Positions 16,760 through 28,042 are shown, numbered from the stretch's first letter. The stretch: 64,000 bases of DNA from a bacterium (GCA_043810165.1 JBDROJ010000023.1:4675-68674), one strand, 5' to 3'. Numbers and translations: made by a program. Notes: a model not told the origin generated them from the letters alone.

Positions 16760-19700
16760 ATGCCTTCAGTTTTTAAGCGCCAACCTCTTAAGACAAAAGA
16801 GAGAAAATATTTTGCTGATACTCGATCAACCGTGCCCATGCCAGATTTAATTGAAGTGCAGAAAAGTTCTTATGATTGGTTTTTGAAAAATGGTATTAAA
16901 GAATTGTTTGAAGAGACTTCCCCGATTACCGATTTTAGCGGTCGTGACCTAGAAGTCTATTTGGAAGATTATTATCTGGATGACTCAAAATTTGATGAAG
17001 TTACTTGTCGAGAGCGCAATATTACCTACGATGCTCCTTTACGCGTAACCGCCAGATTAGTCAGTAAAAAGACAAACGAGGTAAAATCGCAAGAAATTTA
17101 TTTGGGAGATATCCCTTTAATGACACAACGTGGTACCTTTATAGTCAATGGCATTGAAAGAGTAGTTGTTTCCCAATTAATTAGAAGCGCTGGAGCATTT
17201 TTTACGGCCGAGACAGTGCGTGGAAGACGTTATTATGGTGCCAAAATTATTCCTAACCGCGGTGCTTGGATTGAAATTGAAACCGATTCTAATAATGTGA
17301 TTTGGGTTAAAGTAGATAGAAAGCGCAAAGTAGCTATTACTTCTCTTTTGCGTGCTTTTGGTTATGAGTCAGATGAAAAATTAATGGATTTATTTAAAGA
17401 TATTAACACTCATCCGAATATTGATTATATTGAATCAACTTTGCAGAAGGATGTTGCTAAAAATGAAGATGATGGCTTGATTGAAGTTTATAAAAGAATA
17501 AGACCGGGCGATTTGGCGACTTCTGACAACGCCAAAGGTTTGATACACGCCATGTTTTTCAATTTTGATCGTTATGATTTGGGTAAGGTTGGTTTGTATA
17601 AATTTAATACGAAATTTGATTTGGGCTATGACACCAAAGATTTTGATGACAAAGAAAAACGCGTGTTGTCCCCTGAAAAATTATTAGCAGTTGTAAAAGA
17701 GGTAATAAGATTAAACGTTACCCAAGAAGAACCGGACGATATTGATCATTTGGGCAATCGTCGCATTCGAGCTGTTGGTGAATTGGTGCAAAATCGTTTT
17801 CGTGTAGGTTTGGCACGAATGGAGCGCATCATCAAAGACAGGATGAGCACGCAAGAAATTGAAAATCTGAATCCAAATAAATTAATTAATGCCCGTCCAG
17901 TAATTAGCGCTATCCGTGAGTTTTTTATGAGCTCGCAGTTGTCTCAATTTATGGATCAAACCAATCCCTTGTCCGAATTGGAGCATAAAAGGCGTGTAAG
18001 TGCTTTGGGCCCTGGTGGTTTATCTCGCGATCGAGCAGGTTTTGAAGTAAGAGATGTTCATACCACACATTACGGGCGTATTTGTCCGATTGCCACACCA
18101 GAAGGACCCAATATCGGCTTGGTAAATCATTTGGCTAGCTATGCTAAGGTAAATGAATATGGTTTTATTGAGACGCCTTATCGCAAAGTTTTAAAAGAAG
18201 TTGATAATAAAGCCGAATTAACTGAAGGTGAGATTTTATTTGAAGATGTAGAAAAAATTGAAGCCGGTACTAAAATTACTTCGGATATAGCTAAAAAATT
18301 GGCCAATGTTAAGTTGGAAAAAATTAAGATAAAGCCCAGAGCCACAAATGAGATTGTTTATCTCAATGCTTTTAAAGAAGAAAAATCCATAACTGCTTCG
18401 GCCACGATTGATCTTGATGAATCTGGATATTTCATGGGAGAAAATGTACCTGCTCGCATCTATGGACAGCCAGGCACGGTGAAAACCGATCAAATTGATT
18501 ATCTTGACGTATCATCTAACCAAATTGTTAGTGTGGCTACTTCCTGTGTTCCATTCTTAGAGCATGATGATGCTACTCGCGCTCTTATGGGTTCAAATAT
18601 GCAACGCCAGGCCGTACCTTGCATAAAGGCTGAAGAGCCGATTGTGGGCACAGGCATAGAAGCCAAAGCCGCTGTTGATTGCGGTCATATTATATTGGCC
18701 GAGTGTGACGGCGAAGTTGTTGAGTTGGATGGTGCTCATATGGTGATCAAAGATCAAAAAGGTGAAAAATATACTTATAATTTAAATAAATTTATTCGTT
18801 CAAATGCTTCTACATGCGTGAATCAAACTCCAGTAGTGAATTTGGGAGAAAAAGTTAAGAGAGGACAAGCATTAACTGATGGACCAAGCGTGAGCAATGG
18901 CGAATTAGCCCTGGGTCAAAATGTATTGGTTGCCTACATGATTTGGGACGGCTATAATTATGAGGATGCCATAATTGTTTCAGAATGTTTGGTGCAAGCT
19001 GATCGATACACTTCTATTCATATTGAAGATTATACCATTGATGTACGTGAGACCAAATTAGGTTCAGAAGTTGTTACATCTGATATACCAAATGTCAGTG
19101 AAGAAAAATTAAAAAATTTGGATAGTGAAGGCATAGTTCGCATAGGTGCTGAAGTAAAATCAGGAGATATTTTAGTGGGTAAAATTACCCCTAAGGGTGA
19201 AACTGAATTAAGCGCTGAAGAAAGATTGTTAAGAGCGATTTTTGGAGAAAAAGCTCGAGATGTGCGTGACTCTTCTTTGTATTTAGAGCACGGCGAACAT
19301 GGCCGTGTGATTGGCATTAAGATTTTTTCAGCCGAGCAGGGCGATAAATTACAGCCAGGAGTTGTTAAACAAGTACAAGTTAGGGTGGCTGATATGCGCA
19401 AGGTGCAAGTAGGCGATAAAATGGCTGGCCGACACGGCAACAAAGGTGTAATTTCCAGAGTGGTACCCCGTGAAGATATGCCATTCCTGGCTGATGGCAC
19501 GCCTGTTGATATTATCTTATCTCCTTTGGGAGTTGTTTCCCGCATGAACTTAGGACAGTTGCTAGAAACTCATATCGGTTTAGCAGCTAATGCTTTGGGC
19601 TATAAGATGGCCACTCCTGTTTTAAATGGTCTGACAGAAGAACAAATTAAACAAGAATTAATCAAAGCAGGCTTTCCGGAAAATGGCCAAGTAACTTTGT

Positions 19701-20191
19701 ACAATGGCCGTACCGGCGAAGCTTTTGATCATCAGGTGACGGTCGGCTACAGCTATATGTTAAAATTGAACCATATGGTTGAAGATAAAATTCACCAGAG
19801 ATCTATTGGTCCGTATAGCTTGATCACTCAACAGCCATTGGGAGGCAAGGCTCAATTTGGCGGACAGCGTTTTGGTGAAATGGAAGTTTGGGCTTTGGAA
19901 GCTTATGGGGCCGCTCATATTTTGCAGGAAATGCTGACTATTAAGTCAGATGATGTGCCAGGGCGATCTAAAGCTTATGAGTCCATCATTAAAGGTGAAG
20001 AAATCAGCAAAATTAATTTGCCAGAATCATTTAATGTTTTAGTGCGTGAATTAAAAGGATTATGTTTGGACGTTGAATTGTTGAAGAGATCTGAATCAGG
20101 CGCGTATATTACCAGCGATGAATATAAAAAAGAAAGAGCGGATGTTGAACGTTCAATTGACGAAGAGGATAAAATAGTAGAGCAAGAGTAG
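16760..20191 (+). CDS. rpoB: RNA polymerase beta subunit
   Basis: SQLSQFMDQTNPLSELEHKRR, GDKMAGRHGNKG, GGQRFGEME. Confidence 0.99.
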   Translation: MPSVFKRQPLKTKERKYFADTRSTVPMPDLIEVQKSSYDWFLKNGIKELFEETSPITDFSGRDLEVYLEDYYLDDSKFDEVTCRERNITYDAPLRVTARLVSKKTNEVKSQEIYLGDIPLMTQRGTFIVNGIERVVVSQLIRSAGAFFTAETVRGRRYYGAKIIPNRGAWIEIETDSNNVIWVKVDRKRKVAITSLLRAFGYESDEKLMDLFKDINTHPNIDYIESTLQKDVAKNEDDGLIEVYKRIRPGDLATSDNAKGLIHAMFFNFDRYDLGKVGLYKFNTKFDLGYDTKDFDDKEKRVLSPEKLLAVVKEVIRLNVTQEEPDDIDHLGNRRIRAVGELVQNRFRVGLARMERIIKDRMSTQEIENLNPNKLINARPVISAIREFFMSSQLSQFMDQTNPLSELEHKRRVSALGPGGLSRDRAGFEVRDVHTTHYGRICPIATPEGPNIGLVNHLASYAKVNEYGFIETPYRKVLKEVDNKAELTEGEILFEDVEKIEAGTKITSDIAKKLANVKLEKIKIKPRATNEIVYLNAFKEEKSITASATIDLDESGYFMGENVPARIYGQPGTVKTDQIDYLDVSSNQIVSVATSCVPFLEHDDATRALMGSNMQRQAVPCIKAEEPIVGTGIEAKAAVDCGHIILAECDGEVVELDGAHMVIKDQKGEKYTYNLNKFIRSNASTCVNQTPVVNLGEKVKRGQALTDGPSVSNGELALGQNVLVAYMIWDGYNYEDAIIVSECLVQADRYTSIHIEDYTIDVRETKLGSEVVTSDIPNVSEEKLKNLDSEGIVRIGAEVKSGDILVGKITPKGETELSAEERLLRAIFGEKARDVRDSSLYLEHGEHGRVIGIKIFSAEQGDKLQPGVVKQVQVRVADMRKVQVGDKMAGRHGNKGVISRVVPREDMPFLADGTPVDIILSPLGVVSRMNLGQLLETHIGLAANALGYKMATPVLNGLTEEQIKQELIKAGFPENGQVTLYNGRTGEAFDHQVTVGYSYMLKLNHMVEDKIHQRSIGPYSLITQQPLGGKAQFGGQRFGEMEVWALEAYGAAHILQEMLTIKSDDVPGRSKAYESIIKGEEISKINLPESFNVLVRELKGLCLDVELLKRSESGAYITSDEYKKERADVERSIDEEDKIVEQE

Positions 20192-20232
20192 AAAATCATT
20201 TTTTAATTATTTTTTAATTATTTTTCTATATT

Positions 20233-23200
20233 ATGTCTGATTATAAATTAAATCCAAATGATTTTGACGCCATCCGTTTGCGCTTGGCCTCACCAGAAGT
20301 GATTAAAAGATGGTCTCAGGGCGAAGTTCATAAGCCGGAAACTATTAATTATCGCACGCAGAAACCAGAAAGGGGCGGGCTATTTGCCGAGGAAATTTTT
20401 GGGCCTACAAAAGATTGGGAATGTTATTGCGGTAAATATAAGAAGATTCGCTATAAAGGAATTGTTTGTGATAAATGCGGAGTGGAAGTAACTCGTTCTT
20501 CAGTACGTCGTGAGCGCATGGGTCATATTGAATTATCTGCACCAGTCTCTCATATTTGGTTTTTACGCTCCGTGCCTTCTAAAATTGGTTTAATTTTAGA
20601 TCTATCTGCTCAAGCTTTGGAAAAAGTAGTATATTTTGCTTCTTTTATTATATCTGATGTTAACGAAGAAGAGAAAAAAAATACCTCCGATTTATTGCGC
20701 CAAGAATATAAGAGCAAGCGCAGGCAAATTCAAAAGGAAGCTGAAAAGAAAATGCAGGAGGCTAATGACAAGAAAGCAGATAAGAAAGTTCTAGAAGACA
20801 TCCAAGTTCAGGCCGAAAGAAAATCAAAAGCTTTGGAAGAGGATTTTCAAAAAGCAGACAAGGAATTAAAAGAAATACAGGTACTAAAGATTATTTCTGA
20901 AAACAAGTATCAAGAATTATCTTTGCGATATGGCCATTTGTTTGAAGCGGCCATAGGCGCTGAAGGCGTGCGTGGTTTGCTGGAAAGGATTAATGTAGAT
21001 GAAACCATTAAAAAATTGGAAGATGAGCAAGAAAAAGCCAAGGGCGCTAAACTGGAAAGAATTATCCGTCGTAAAAAAGTTTTAAAAAGTTTTAGTTTAA
21101 ATAATATTAAGCCAGAGTGGATGGTTTTGAAATCAATCCCGGTAATTCCTCCGGATCTTCGACCAATGGTGGCTTTGGACGGTGGCCGTTTTGCCACTTC
21201 TGATTTAAATGATTTGTATCGCCGTGTGATTAATCGCAACAACCGCTTGCGCCGTTTGATTGATTTGGATGCCCCTGAAGTTATTTGTCGCAATGAAAAA
21301 CGCATGATGCAGGAAGCGGTAGATGCTTTAATTGACAATAATGCCCGTCATTCCAAAACCGTGACTGCTTCTACTGGTCAGAAAAGACAACTGCGTTCTT
21401 TGGCTGACATCCTGAAAGGCAAACAAGGCCGATTCCGCCAGAACCTATTGGGAAAGCGCGTGGATTATTCAGGTCGCTCTGTAATTGTGGTAGGTCCTAA
21501 TTTGGATATTGATGAGTGCGGTCTGCCAAAGCGCATGGCTTTAGAATTATTCAAACCTTTTATCATGAGCGAAATTATTAAGCAGGAATTAGCTCACAAC
21601 GTACGCAGTGCTTCTCGTTTCGTTGAATCTGAACGCGATGAAGTTTGGGATATTTTGGAAGATCTTACCAAGACTACGCGCGTATTGTTAAATCGTGCTC
21701 CTACTTTACATAGATTGGGAATTCAGGCTTTTCATCCAAGATTGATTGAAGGCAAGGCTATTCAATTGCATCCTTTGGTGTGTACAGCTTTTAACGCTGA
21801 CTTTGATGGAGATCAAATGGCTGTTCATTTGCCGTTGACAGTGGAGTCCCGCTGGGAGGCTGATAATTTGATGGCTGCTGAAAAGAATATGCTTAAGCCG
21901 GCTACTGGTAGCCCAGTAATTACTCCTAAACAAGATATTGCCTTGGGTTGCTATTACCTAACTCAATTTAAAAAGGATGATAAGGCTGATGTAAAAAAAT
22001 ACTTTGGCTCTGAAAAGGAGGCCATCTTTGCTTATAAAACACGTCATATTAATTTACAAGAAAGAATCAAGGTTCGTTTCAGCGACTTAAGCAAGTTTCC
22101 CAAAGATACTGATTCGCTTGTTGAGACATCGGTTGGTCGTATTCTATTTAATGAAGTATTACCCAACAAGCTTCCATATTTGAATGAAGTTGTTGATGTT
22201 AAAAAATTGGCCATGATTATTCGTCTAGCTTTGGAATTGTGTAATAAAGAAGACGTGGCTCCGTTTGTAGACAGATTGAAGAATATGGGATATCGCTATG
22301 CCACCAAGTCGGGTTATTCTCTTGGAATGGAAGATTTTCCTACTATTCCGGAAAAACCAGGATTGTTAGAAGAAGCAGAAGCTTTGGTTTGTCAAGTAGA
22401 AGATCAATATCAGGAAGGATTGTTAACAAAGTCAGAAAGATTGACCAAAGTATTAAATATTTGGGCTGAAACCAAAGATCGAGTAGTTGCTAAAAATCAG
22501 CAGGCCTTGGATAAAGATGGCCCCGTATTTGCCATGATTGATTCTGGAGCGCGCGGTAGCTGGGGGCAATTAGGCCAGGTTATTGGTATGAAAGGCTTGG
22601 TAGCTTCTCCTTCAGGAGAAACCATAGAACTGCCGGTACGTGGCAACTTTAAAGAAGGTTTTAGCGTGTTGGAATTTTTTATATCATCACATGGTACTAG
22701 AAAGGGTCTATCTGATACGGCTTTGCGTACAGCCAATGCAGGCTATCTTACCAGACGCTTGGTTGATGTCTCACAAGACGTAATAGTAGTTGAGGATGAT
22801 TGCGGAACCGAAGGAGGCGAGTTATTTACAATTGAGCAATCAAAAGAAATGGGACAAAAATTATCCGAACGCGTTTGGGGCAGGTATGTGATGGAAGATG
22901 TAAAGGCCGGCAATAAGAAGATAATAAAAGCCGGAGAGTTGGTTGATGACAAAGCTGTTCGGTTGATAGATGAACATGAAATTAAGGAAATTAGAGTGAG
23001 AAGTATTTTACAATGCAAATTAAATAAAGGTATTTGTCGCAAGTGTTATGGATATGACCTTGCATATAACAAGCCAGCTGAAAACGGCGCGGCTGTTGGC
23101 ATTATCGCGGCTCAATCAATTGGTGAGCCAGGAACACAGCTGACCATGAGAACTTTTCATACTGGTGGTGTGGCAGGAGGCGGTGATATTACACAAGGTC

Positions 23201-24108
23201 TGCCACGAGTTGATGAGTTGTTTGAAGCGCGTAAACCAAAGAAACAGGCTGTATTGGCAGAAGTGGCTGGTGAGATTGAAATAGAAGAAGCTGACGGCAA
23301 AATCATTACCTCTCCTACCGGCAGAAAAATATTTGAGGGACGCCGTGGCCAGAAAATTGTTCATATTCATTTTTCAGGAATGGATGAAATGAAGATTAAA
23401 GTTAAAAAGAGTGATGAAGTTTTGGTCAAAGATGGTGATGTGGTTAAGAAAGGTCAAGTTTTGGTGGTAGTAGGCAGTTCCGGCGAAGAAATAAAGTCAA
23501 AATATACTGGTTCCGTTAAGATTGAAAAGAATACCATTATTTTGACTTACGAAGGTCCGCATGTAAGAGACTATATTGTCCCACTTGGCTACAAAATTCA
23601 TGTGAAGACCGGAGACCAGGTAGAAAAAGGTCAAAGATTGACTGATGGCAGTATTAATCTTCATCAGTTGTTTGAGCTTAAAGGCAGAGGATCTGTACAA
23701 AGATATATATTAGAAGAAGTACAAAATATTTATTCTTCTCAAGGACAGAAAGTTAATGATAAGCATGTTGAATTGATTATTAAGCAGATGTTTAGCCGTG
23801 TATATATAGAAGACGCTGGTGAGACCGATTTATTGCCAGGCGAGGTGGTGGAAAAGGCACAGTTGGATACATCTAATTTGCAGGCCAAAAAGAATAAGCA
23901 GAAATTAGCTGTTGGCAGAGAGGTGTTTATGGGCATTAGCAGAGTTGCCTTGTCAACTCAAAGTTTCTTGTCAGCCGCTTCTTTCCAAGAAACAGCTCGC
24001 GTGTTGATTAACACAGCAATTACCGGGAAAATTGATTATTTGGAAGGACTGAAAGAAAATGTAATTATAGGTAGTTTGATACCGGCCGGTACTGGTTACA
24101 GAGATTAA
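20233..24108 (+). CDS. rpoC: RNA polymerase beta' subunit
   Basis: NADFDGDQMAVH catalytic motif; Zn finger; GEPGTQLTMRTFH. Confidence 0.99.
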   Translation: MSDYKLNPNDFDAIRLRLASPEVIKRWSQGEVHKPETINYRTQKPERGGLFAEEIFGPTKDWECYCGKYKKIRYKGIVCDKCGVEVTRSSVRRERMGHIELSAPVSHIWFLRSVPSKIGLILDLSAQALEKVVYFASFIISDVNEEEKKNTSDLLRQEYKSKRRQIQKEAEKKMQEANDKKADKKVLEDIQVQAERKSKALEEDFQKADKELKEIQVLKIISENKYQELSLRYGHLFEAAIGAEGVRGLLERINVDETIKKLEDEQEKAKGAKLERIIRRKKVLKSFSLNNIKPEWMVLKSIPVIPPDLRPMVALDGGRFATSDLNDLYRRVINRNNRLRRLIDLDAPEVICRNEKRMMQEAVDALIDNNARHSKTVTASTGQKRQLRSLADILKGKQGRFRQNLLGKRVDYSGRSVIVVGPNLDIDECGLPKRMALELFKPFIMSEIIKQELAHNVRSASRFVESERDEVWDILEDLTKTTRVLLNRAPTLHRLGIQAFHPRLIEGKAIQLHPLVCTAFNADFDGDQMAVHLPLTVESRWEADNLMAAEKNMLKPATGSPVITPKQDIALGCYYLTQFKKDDKADVKKYFGSEKEAIFAYKTRHINLQERIKVRFSDLSKFPKDTDSLVETSVGRILFNEVLPNKLPYLNEVVDVKKLAMIIRLALELCNKEDVAPFVDRLKNMGYRYATKSGYSLGMEDFPTIPEKPGLLEEAEALVCQVEDQYQEGLLTKSERLTKVLNIWAETKDRVVAKNQQALDKDGPVFAMIDSGARGSWGQLGQVIGMKGLVASPSGETIELPVRGNFKEGFSVLEFFISSHGTRKGLSDTALRTANAGYLTRRLVDVSQDVIVVEDDCGTEGGELFTIEQSKEMGQKLSERVWGRYVMEDVKAGNKKIIKAGELVDDKAVRLIDEHEIKEIRVRSILQCKLNKGICRKCYGYDLAYNKPAENGAAVGIIAAQSIGEPGTQLTMRTFHTGGVAGGGDITQGLPRVDELFEARKPKKQAVLAEVAGEIEIEEADGKIITSPTGRKIFEGRRGQKIVHIHFSGMDEMKIKVKKSDEVLVKDGDVVKKGQVLVVVGSSGEEIKSKYTGSVKIEKNTIILTYEGPHVRDYIVPLGYKIHVKTGDQVEKGQRLTDGSINLHQLFELKGRGSVQRYILEEVQNIYSSQGQKVNDKHVELIIKQMFSRVYIEDAGETDLLPGEVVEKAQLDTSNLQAKKNKQKLAVGREVFMGISRVALSTQSFLSAASFQETARVLINTAITGKIDYLEGLKENVIIGSLIPAGTGYRD

Positions 24109-24127
24109 TTTTAAATTTTGATATTAT

Positions 24128-24159
24128 ATGGAGAACGTTTAATCAACGTTCTCCATTTG
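24128..24159 (+). terminator. rpoBC terminator hairpin
   Basis: ATGGAGAACGTT-TAATC-AACGTTCTCCAT-TT. Confidence 0.7.
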
Positions 24160-24217
24160 TATTAATTTAGATTTTACATTAGAATACCATATATTGAACT
24201 CATATTAAGTTTTAATT

Positions 24218-24940
24218 ATGTCAGGACATTCTAAATGGCACAATATTCAAGCCCGCAAGGGCAAGCAAGATGCTAAACGAAGCGGTATGTTTAGTAAAAT
24301 TAGTAAAATGATTACAGTGGCTGTTCGCTCTGGCGGTGGAGATATGGATACTAATTTTTCTTTGCGTTTGGCAATTGATAGAGCTAAAGCCGGGGGTTTT
24401 CCCAAAGATAATATAGACCGTGCCATTAAAAGCGGTACAGGCGAATTAAAAGGCAACCAAATTGAAGAAGTAAGTTATGAGTGTTATGGACCGGGCGGAG
24501 TAGCCATATTAGTTAAAGGTTTTACTGACAATAAGAATAGAACAGTTTCTGATATCAAACATATTTTATCTAAAAACGGTGGGTCAATGGGCGGATCTGG
24601 CAGTGTAATTTGGATGTTTGACCAAAGAGGTGTTGTGGTAGTTGACAAAGGCAAAATATCAGATAGAGAAGAGTTTGAATTAGAAATGATGGATGCTGGA
24701 GCCGAAGAAATTCAAGATATTGAAGATAATAAAATTAAGATTGATACTAAAATTGAAAATTTAAAAATGGCTTTGGATAAATTAAAGAATTTGGTAATTG
24801 AATCGGAAGAATCTGGCATGGAATGGGTGGCTAAGGATAAAGTAAAAGTTGGATCTGATGTGGAATCTAAATTAAATAATCTATTTGAACACTTAACTGA
24901 CCATGATGACGTTGAAGATTTTTATACTAATGCTGAATAG
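24218..24940 (+). CDS. yebC: YebC/PmpR family protein
   Basis: MSGHSKWHNI..., YECYGPGG, TDNKNRT. Confidence 0.97.
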   Translation: MSGHSKWHNIQARKGKQDAKRSGMFSKISKMITVAVRSGGGDMDTNFSLRLAIDRAKAGGFPKDNIDRAIKSGTGELKGNQIEEVSYECYGPGGVAILVKGFTDNKNRTVSDIKHILSKNGGSMGGSGSVIWMFDQRGVVVVDKGKISDREEFELEMMDAGAEEIQDIEDNKIKIDTKIENLKMALDKLKNLVIESEESGMEWVAKDKVKVGSDVESKLNNLFEHLTDHDDVEDFYTNAE

Positions 24941-24945
24941 TAGTT

Positions 24946-25443
24946 ATGAATAAATCCGAGATAATTTTAGGTATTGATCCAGGTTTTGGCAGAATAGGCT
25001 GGGGCGTGATAATTCAAGAAGGCAAAGATTGGTTGCCCGTAAATTACGGCTGTATTGAAACTGACATGAAAGAAAGGTTTGTCGATCGGCTTGCTGAATT
25101 ACATAAGGAGGTTAAAAAAATCATCAAAAAATACAAGCCAACGCGCATGGCCGTAGAAGACCTATTTTTTTTCAAGAATTTGAAAACTGCTATAAAAGTT
25201 GGACAAGCGCGCGGAGTGATTTTGTTGACTGGCGTGGAAAATGGCCTAGCCATTGATGAGTTTACTCCTTTGCAAGTCAAACAAGCCATTACTGGTTATG
25301 GCCGAGCCGAAAAAAAACAGATGCAGAAAATGGTGCAAGCCATTTTGAGTTTAAAACAGCCCATTGAATCTGATGATGCGGCTGACGCTCTGGCTGTTGC
25401 TTTATGTGCCGGACAGAGTTTATGGGTAAAGAAATATGATTAA
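24946..25443 (+). CDS. ruvC: Holliday junction resolvase RuvC
   Basis: ILGIDPG, VEDLFF, GQARGV, DDAADALAVA. Confidence 0.97.
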   Translation: MNKSEIILGIDPGFGRIGWGVIIQEGKDWLPVNYGCIETDMKERFVDRLAELHKEVKKIIKKYKPTRMAVEDLFFFKNLKTAIKVGQARGVILLTGVENGLAIDEFTPLQVKQAITGYGRAEKKQMQKMVQAILSLKQPIESDDAADALAVALCAGQSLWVKKYD

Positions 25444-25894
25444 AGAAAAATTTGTTTTAGTATTGCCGAGCATACGCAGTGGCCATAATGTTGGCGCGAT
25501 GTTTAGGACTGGCGACGCGGTTGGCGTGGATAAAATATATCTGACCGGATATACTGCATGTCCGCCACATACACAAATAGACAAAGTTTCTCTTGGCGCT
25601 GAAAAATGGATTCCATGGCAGTATTACAAAAGCACTGGTTGTTGTTTGAATAAACTAGAGAAAATGGGGTATAATATAGTAGCACTTGAACAGACAGATA
25701 AAAGCAAAAATATATTTGATTGGAAGCCCAATTTTCCTCTAGCTCTGGTGGTTGGAAATGAAGTAAGAGGGGTTGATAAAAAGTATCTAGATAGATGCAG
25801 TGAACATGTGGAGATCCCCATGAGAGGACGAAAGGAGAGCTTGAATGTAAGCATAGCAGTCGGGGTGGCCTTGTATTATATAAAAAATCTTTGA
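25436..25894 (+). CDS. TrmH/SpoU family RNA methyltransferase
   Basis: HNVGAMFRT, VVGNEVRG, IPMRGRKESLNVS. Confidence 0.93.
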   Translation: MIKEKFVLVLPSIRSGHNVGAMFRTGDAVGVDKIYLTGYTACPPHTQIDKVSLGAEKWIPWQYYKSTGCCLNKLEKMGYNIVALEQTDKSKNIFDWKPNFPLALVVGNEVRGVDKKYLDRCSEHVEIPMRGRKESLNVSIAVGVALYYIKNL

Positions 25895-25953
25895 TTTGGA
25901 CAAAGCAAATGTGCTCGGTCTGGGGTAGTAGTAATTATTTTTTAATTATTTTT

Positions 25954-26664
25954 ATGTCTGTATACACTTTACAATTGTTTCGTCATCTTTTTGAAAATTT
26001 ACCGCCTTTATTTCCAGACGATCTTGTAAAAGAGATTGAACAGCGCCTGCAAGAATTTGAACAATCCGGAGAGGTGCTTATTGATGAATTGGAAAAAGAA
26101 ATGGTTAAATATGGATACCATGTTTGGCCTTATGCACAGGCACATAAAGAATTTTTGTATAAGGCCCAAGATAAGTTGGCTGATCATTTTTTATTGCCAT
26201 ATCTTAGCGATGGATTGCAAAAGAAATATTTAGAGTTGAGAGATTATGGAGAGAGCTGGGATCGCGTTTATAATGGGCAGACAATCCATCATTTTGATAG
26301 TGGAGAAAGAGTTTTACTGGCCAGAGCTTTTATCCAGGCGCGCAACAAATTAAAACAGTATGTTGAACAGGAAATAAAAGGAACCGGGAGAGATAAATAT
26401 CTGCAAAGAGTGGGTAAGTATAATCAAATTTTGGGAGAAATGAAAAATGAATTAGATAATTTAAAAGAATTAGCTGAACAAGAAAAAGATCATCCGGTTT
26501 TAGCCAGAGAGCTCGGAGCCAAAATACAAGACATTGAGCACAGTCTGTGCCTATTGGGTAGAGAACTGCAACATCATGAATTATTTAATGCAAGAGAGCA
26601 CTTTATAGGCCGTAAAGAAGAATTGAGCCGTTTGCGAGGTATTCATGAGCCATTGATTTTATGA
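25954..26664 (+). CDS. Hypothetical helical protein
   Basis: ORF track; start moved to MSVYTLQ. Confidence 0.75.
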   Translation: MSVYTLQLFRHLFENLPPLFPDDLVKEIEQRLQEFEQSGEVLIDELEKEMVKYGYHVWPYAQAHKEFLYKAQDKLADHFLLPYLSDGLQKKYLELRDYGESWDRVYNGQTIHHFDSGERVLLARAFIQARNKLKQYVEQEIKGTGRDKYLQRVGKYNQILGEMKNELDNLKELAEQEKDHPVLARELGAKIQDIEHSLCLLGRELQHHELFNAREHFIGRKEELSRLRGIHEPLIL

Positions 26665-26671
26665 TTTGGTC

Positions 26672-26709
26672 AAAAAAATATCCCCGGATGTGTATTCGGG
26701 GATATTTTT
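26672..26709. terminator. Bidirectional terminator
   Basis: AAAAAATATCCCCG...CGGGGATATTTTTT. Confidence 0.8.
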
Positions 26710-26720
26710 TAATAATTTTT

Positions 26721-27707
26721 TTAAAAGATTGGCTTTGGTTTAATATCCGAATACCGTTCTATCGTTTTGATAATAGTCTTTTTATTCAACAGGCCATTTT
26801 GCGCTCCTACTTGAGTAATTACCCCGCAACTATTAGCTATGCCCCAACGCAAAGCCTGCGGGCGGTTATATCCATAACAGCGAGCTGAAACATATCCGGA
26901 TGAAAAAGCATCGCCAGCACCTGTTTTGGCTACGACTTTCGCCGGGTAACTAGGCATATACCAAACTTCGTCCAAACTGCCCACATATGCTCCTTTGGCC
27001 GAATCAGTGATTACGACTTCTTTAGCTCCCAAGCCAACCAATTGGCGAAGCAGGGCTGTCATGTTTTTAACTTCTTTAAGGCTGGTTTGTAAAATATGCT
27101 CGGCTTCCTGTGTATTCACTATTAAAATTTCTGATATGGCAATGGTTTCTTTTACCTCATCCAAATGATTTTTTAATTGATAAGATCCTGGATTAAAAGC
27201 TAGACGGACAGTTGGGTGTTTTTTTAACCAAACCAGCATGTTTTTCTTGATTTTTTTAAAACCCATGCTCAATCCGGTATAATAAAGCCAATCTGTGGCA
27301 GGCATCTTGCTGGGCCAGATATAGTTTCTTTTTCCATGATAAGCCAATATAGTTCTTTCTCCTTTGAAGTTTAACACAACTGAATAACGGGTCTGTTTTT
27401 TATCTTTCACTATTACATGTTCGATGTCAACATTGAATTTTATTAATTCGTCAAGAGCCAGACGGCCATTAGGGTCATTGCCGATGGAGCTTATTATGGC
27501 TGATTTTAATCCCAATTTTACTGCTCCGACCGCCACATTAGATGCATTTCCGCCCAAAGATTGAAAACTATCGCGAATAGGAATTTTAGTAGCAAAATCT
27601 AGGCATAATTGGCAAGGTTTATTTTTTATTTTACATTGCAAGTTGGCATCGTCAATTTGGACATGCGTGTCAATCACTATATCTCCAACTGTAATTAAAT
27701 TGAACAT
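26721..27707 (-). CDS. PfkB family carbohydrate kinase
   Basis: GGNASNVA, KTGAGDAF; start MFNLITVGD. Confidence 0.92.
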   Translation of the reverse strand: MFNLITVGDIVIDTHVQIDDANLQCKIKNKPCQLCLDFATKIPIRDSFQSLGGNASNVAVGAVKLGLKSAIISSIGNDPNGRLALDELIKFNVDIEHVIVKDKKQTRYSVVLNFKGERTILAYHGKRNYIWPSKMPATDWLYYTGLSMGFKKIKKNMLVWLKKHPTVRLAFNPGSYQLKNHLDEVKETIAISEILIVNTQEAEHILQTSLKEVKNMTALLRQLVGLGAKEVVITDSAKGAYVGSLDEVWYMPSYPAKVVAKTGAGDAFSSGYVSARCYGYNRPQALRWGIANSCGVITQVGAQNGLLNKKTIIKTIERYSDIKPKPIF

Positions 27708-27718
27708 ATTATTTAATA

Positions 27719-27748
27719 TGTCATTGCGAGCGTAGCGAAGCAATGACA
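27719..27748. repeat. Short palindromic REP/RPE-like element
   Basis: TGTCATTGC-GAGCGTAGCGAA-GCAATGACA. Confidence 0.7.
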
Positions 27749-27753
27749 GTTGA

Positions 27754-28041
27754 TTATTTCCCTCCTAGGTCTTTGTGTAGGCCTATTAGAATTTCAATAA
27801 ATTCAATAAAACTCGCAAGCATTAGACCTGTCATGGCCACGGCGAACAAGACGTTGCCAATATACAAAGCGTAGATTAACAATCCGAAAGCGCCCATAAA
27901 TAAAATTATATCTTGCCTTTTTTCGGTTTTTAAAAATATTCCGTAAGTAATTAAAATTGCGCCTAGTCCGGCAACTACGCTTATAATGATTTCCAAGGTT
28001 TCCCAAGGCAAAGATGGCAATAAAATTTCTAATGGTGGCAT
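27754..28041 (-). CDS. Small membrane protein
   Basis: 95 aa, three hydrophobic segments, operonic spacing. Confidence 0.8.
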   Translation of the reverse strand: MPPLEILLPSLPWETLEIIISVVAGLGAILITYGIFLKTEKRQDIILFMGAFGLLIYALYIGNVLFAVAMTGLMLASFIEFIEILIGLHKDLGGK

Positions 28042-28042
28042 A

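Noticed and set aside
16760-24108. Inteins or introns in rpoB/rpoC
   Set aside because: Normal lengths, continuous motifs, no intein splice motifs seen
27708-27743. N-terminal extension MLRYARND of the PfkB kinase
   Set aside because: It is the translation of the palindromic repeat; the true start is MFNLITVGD
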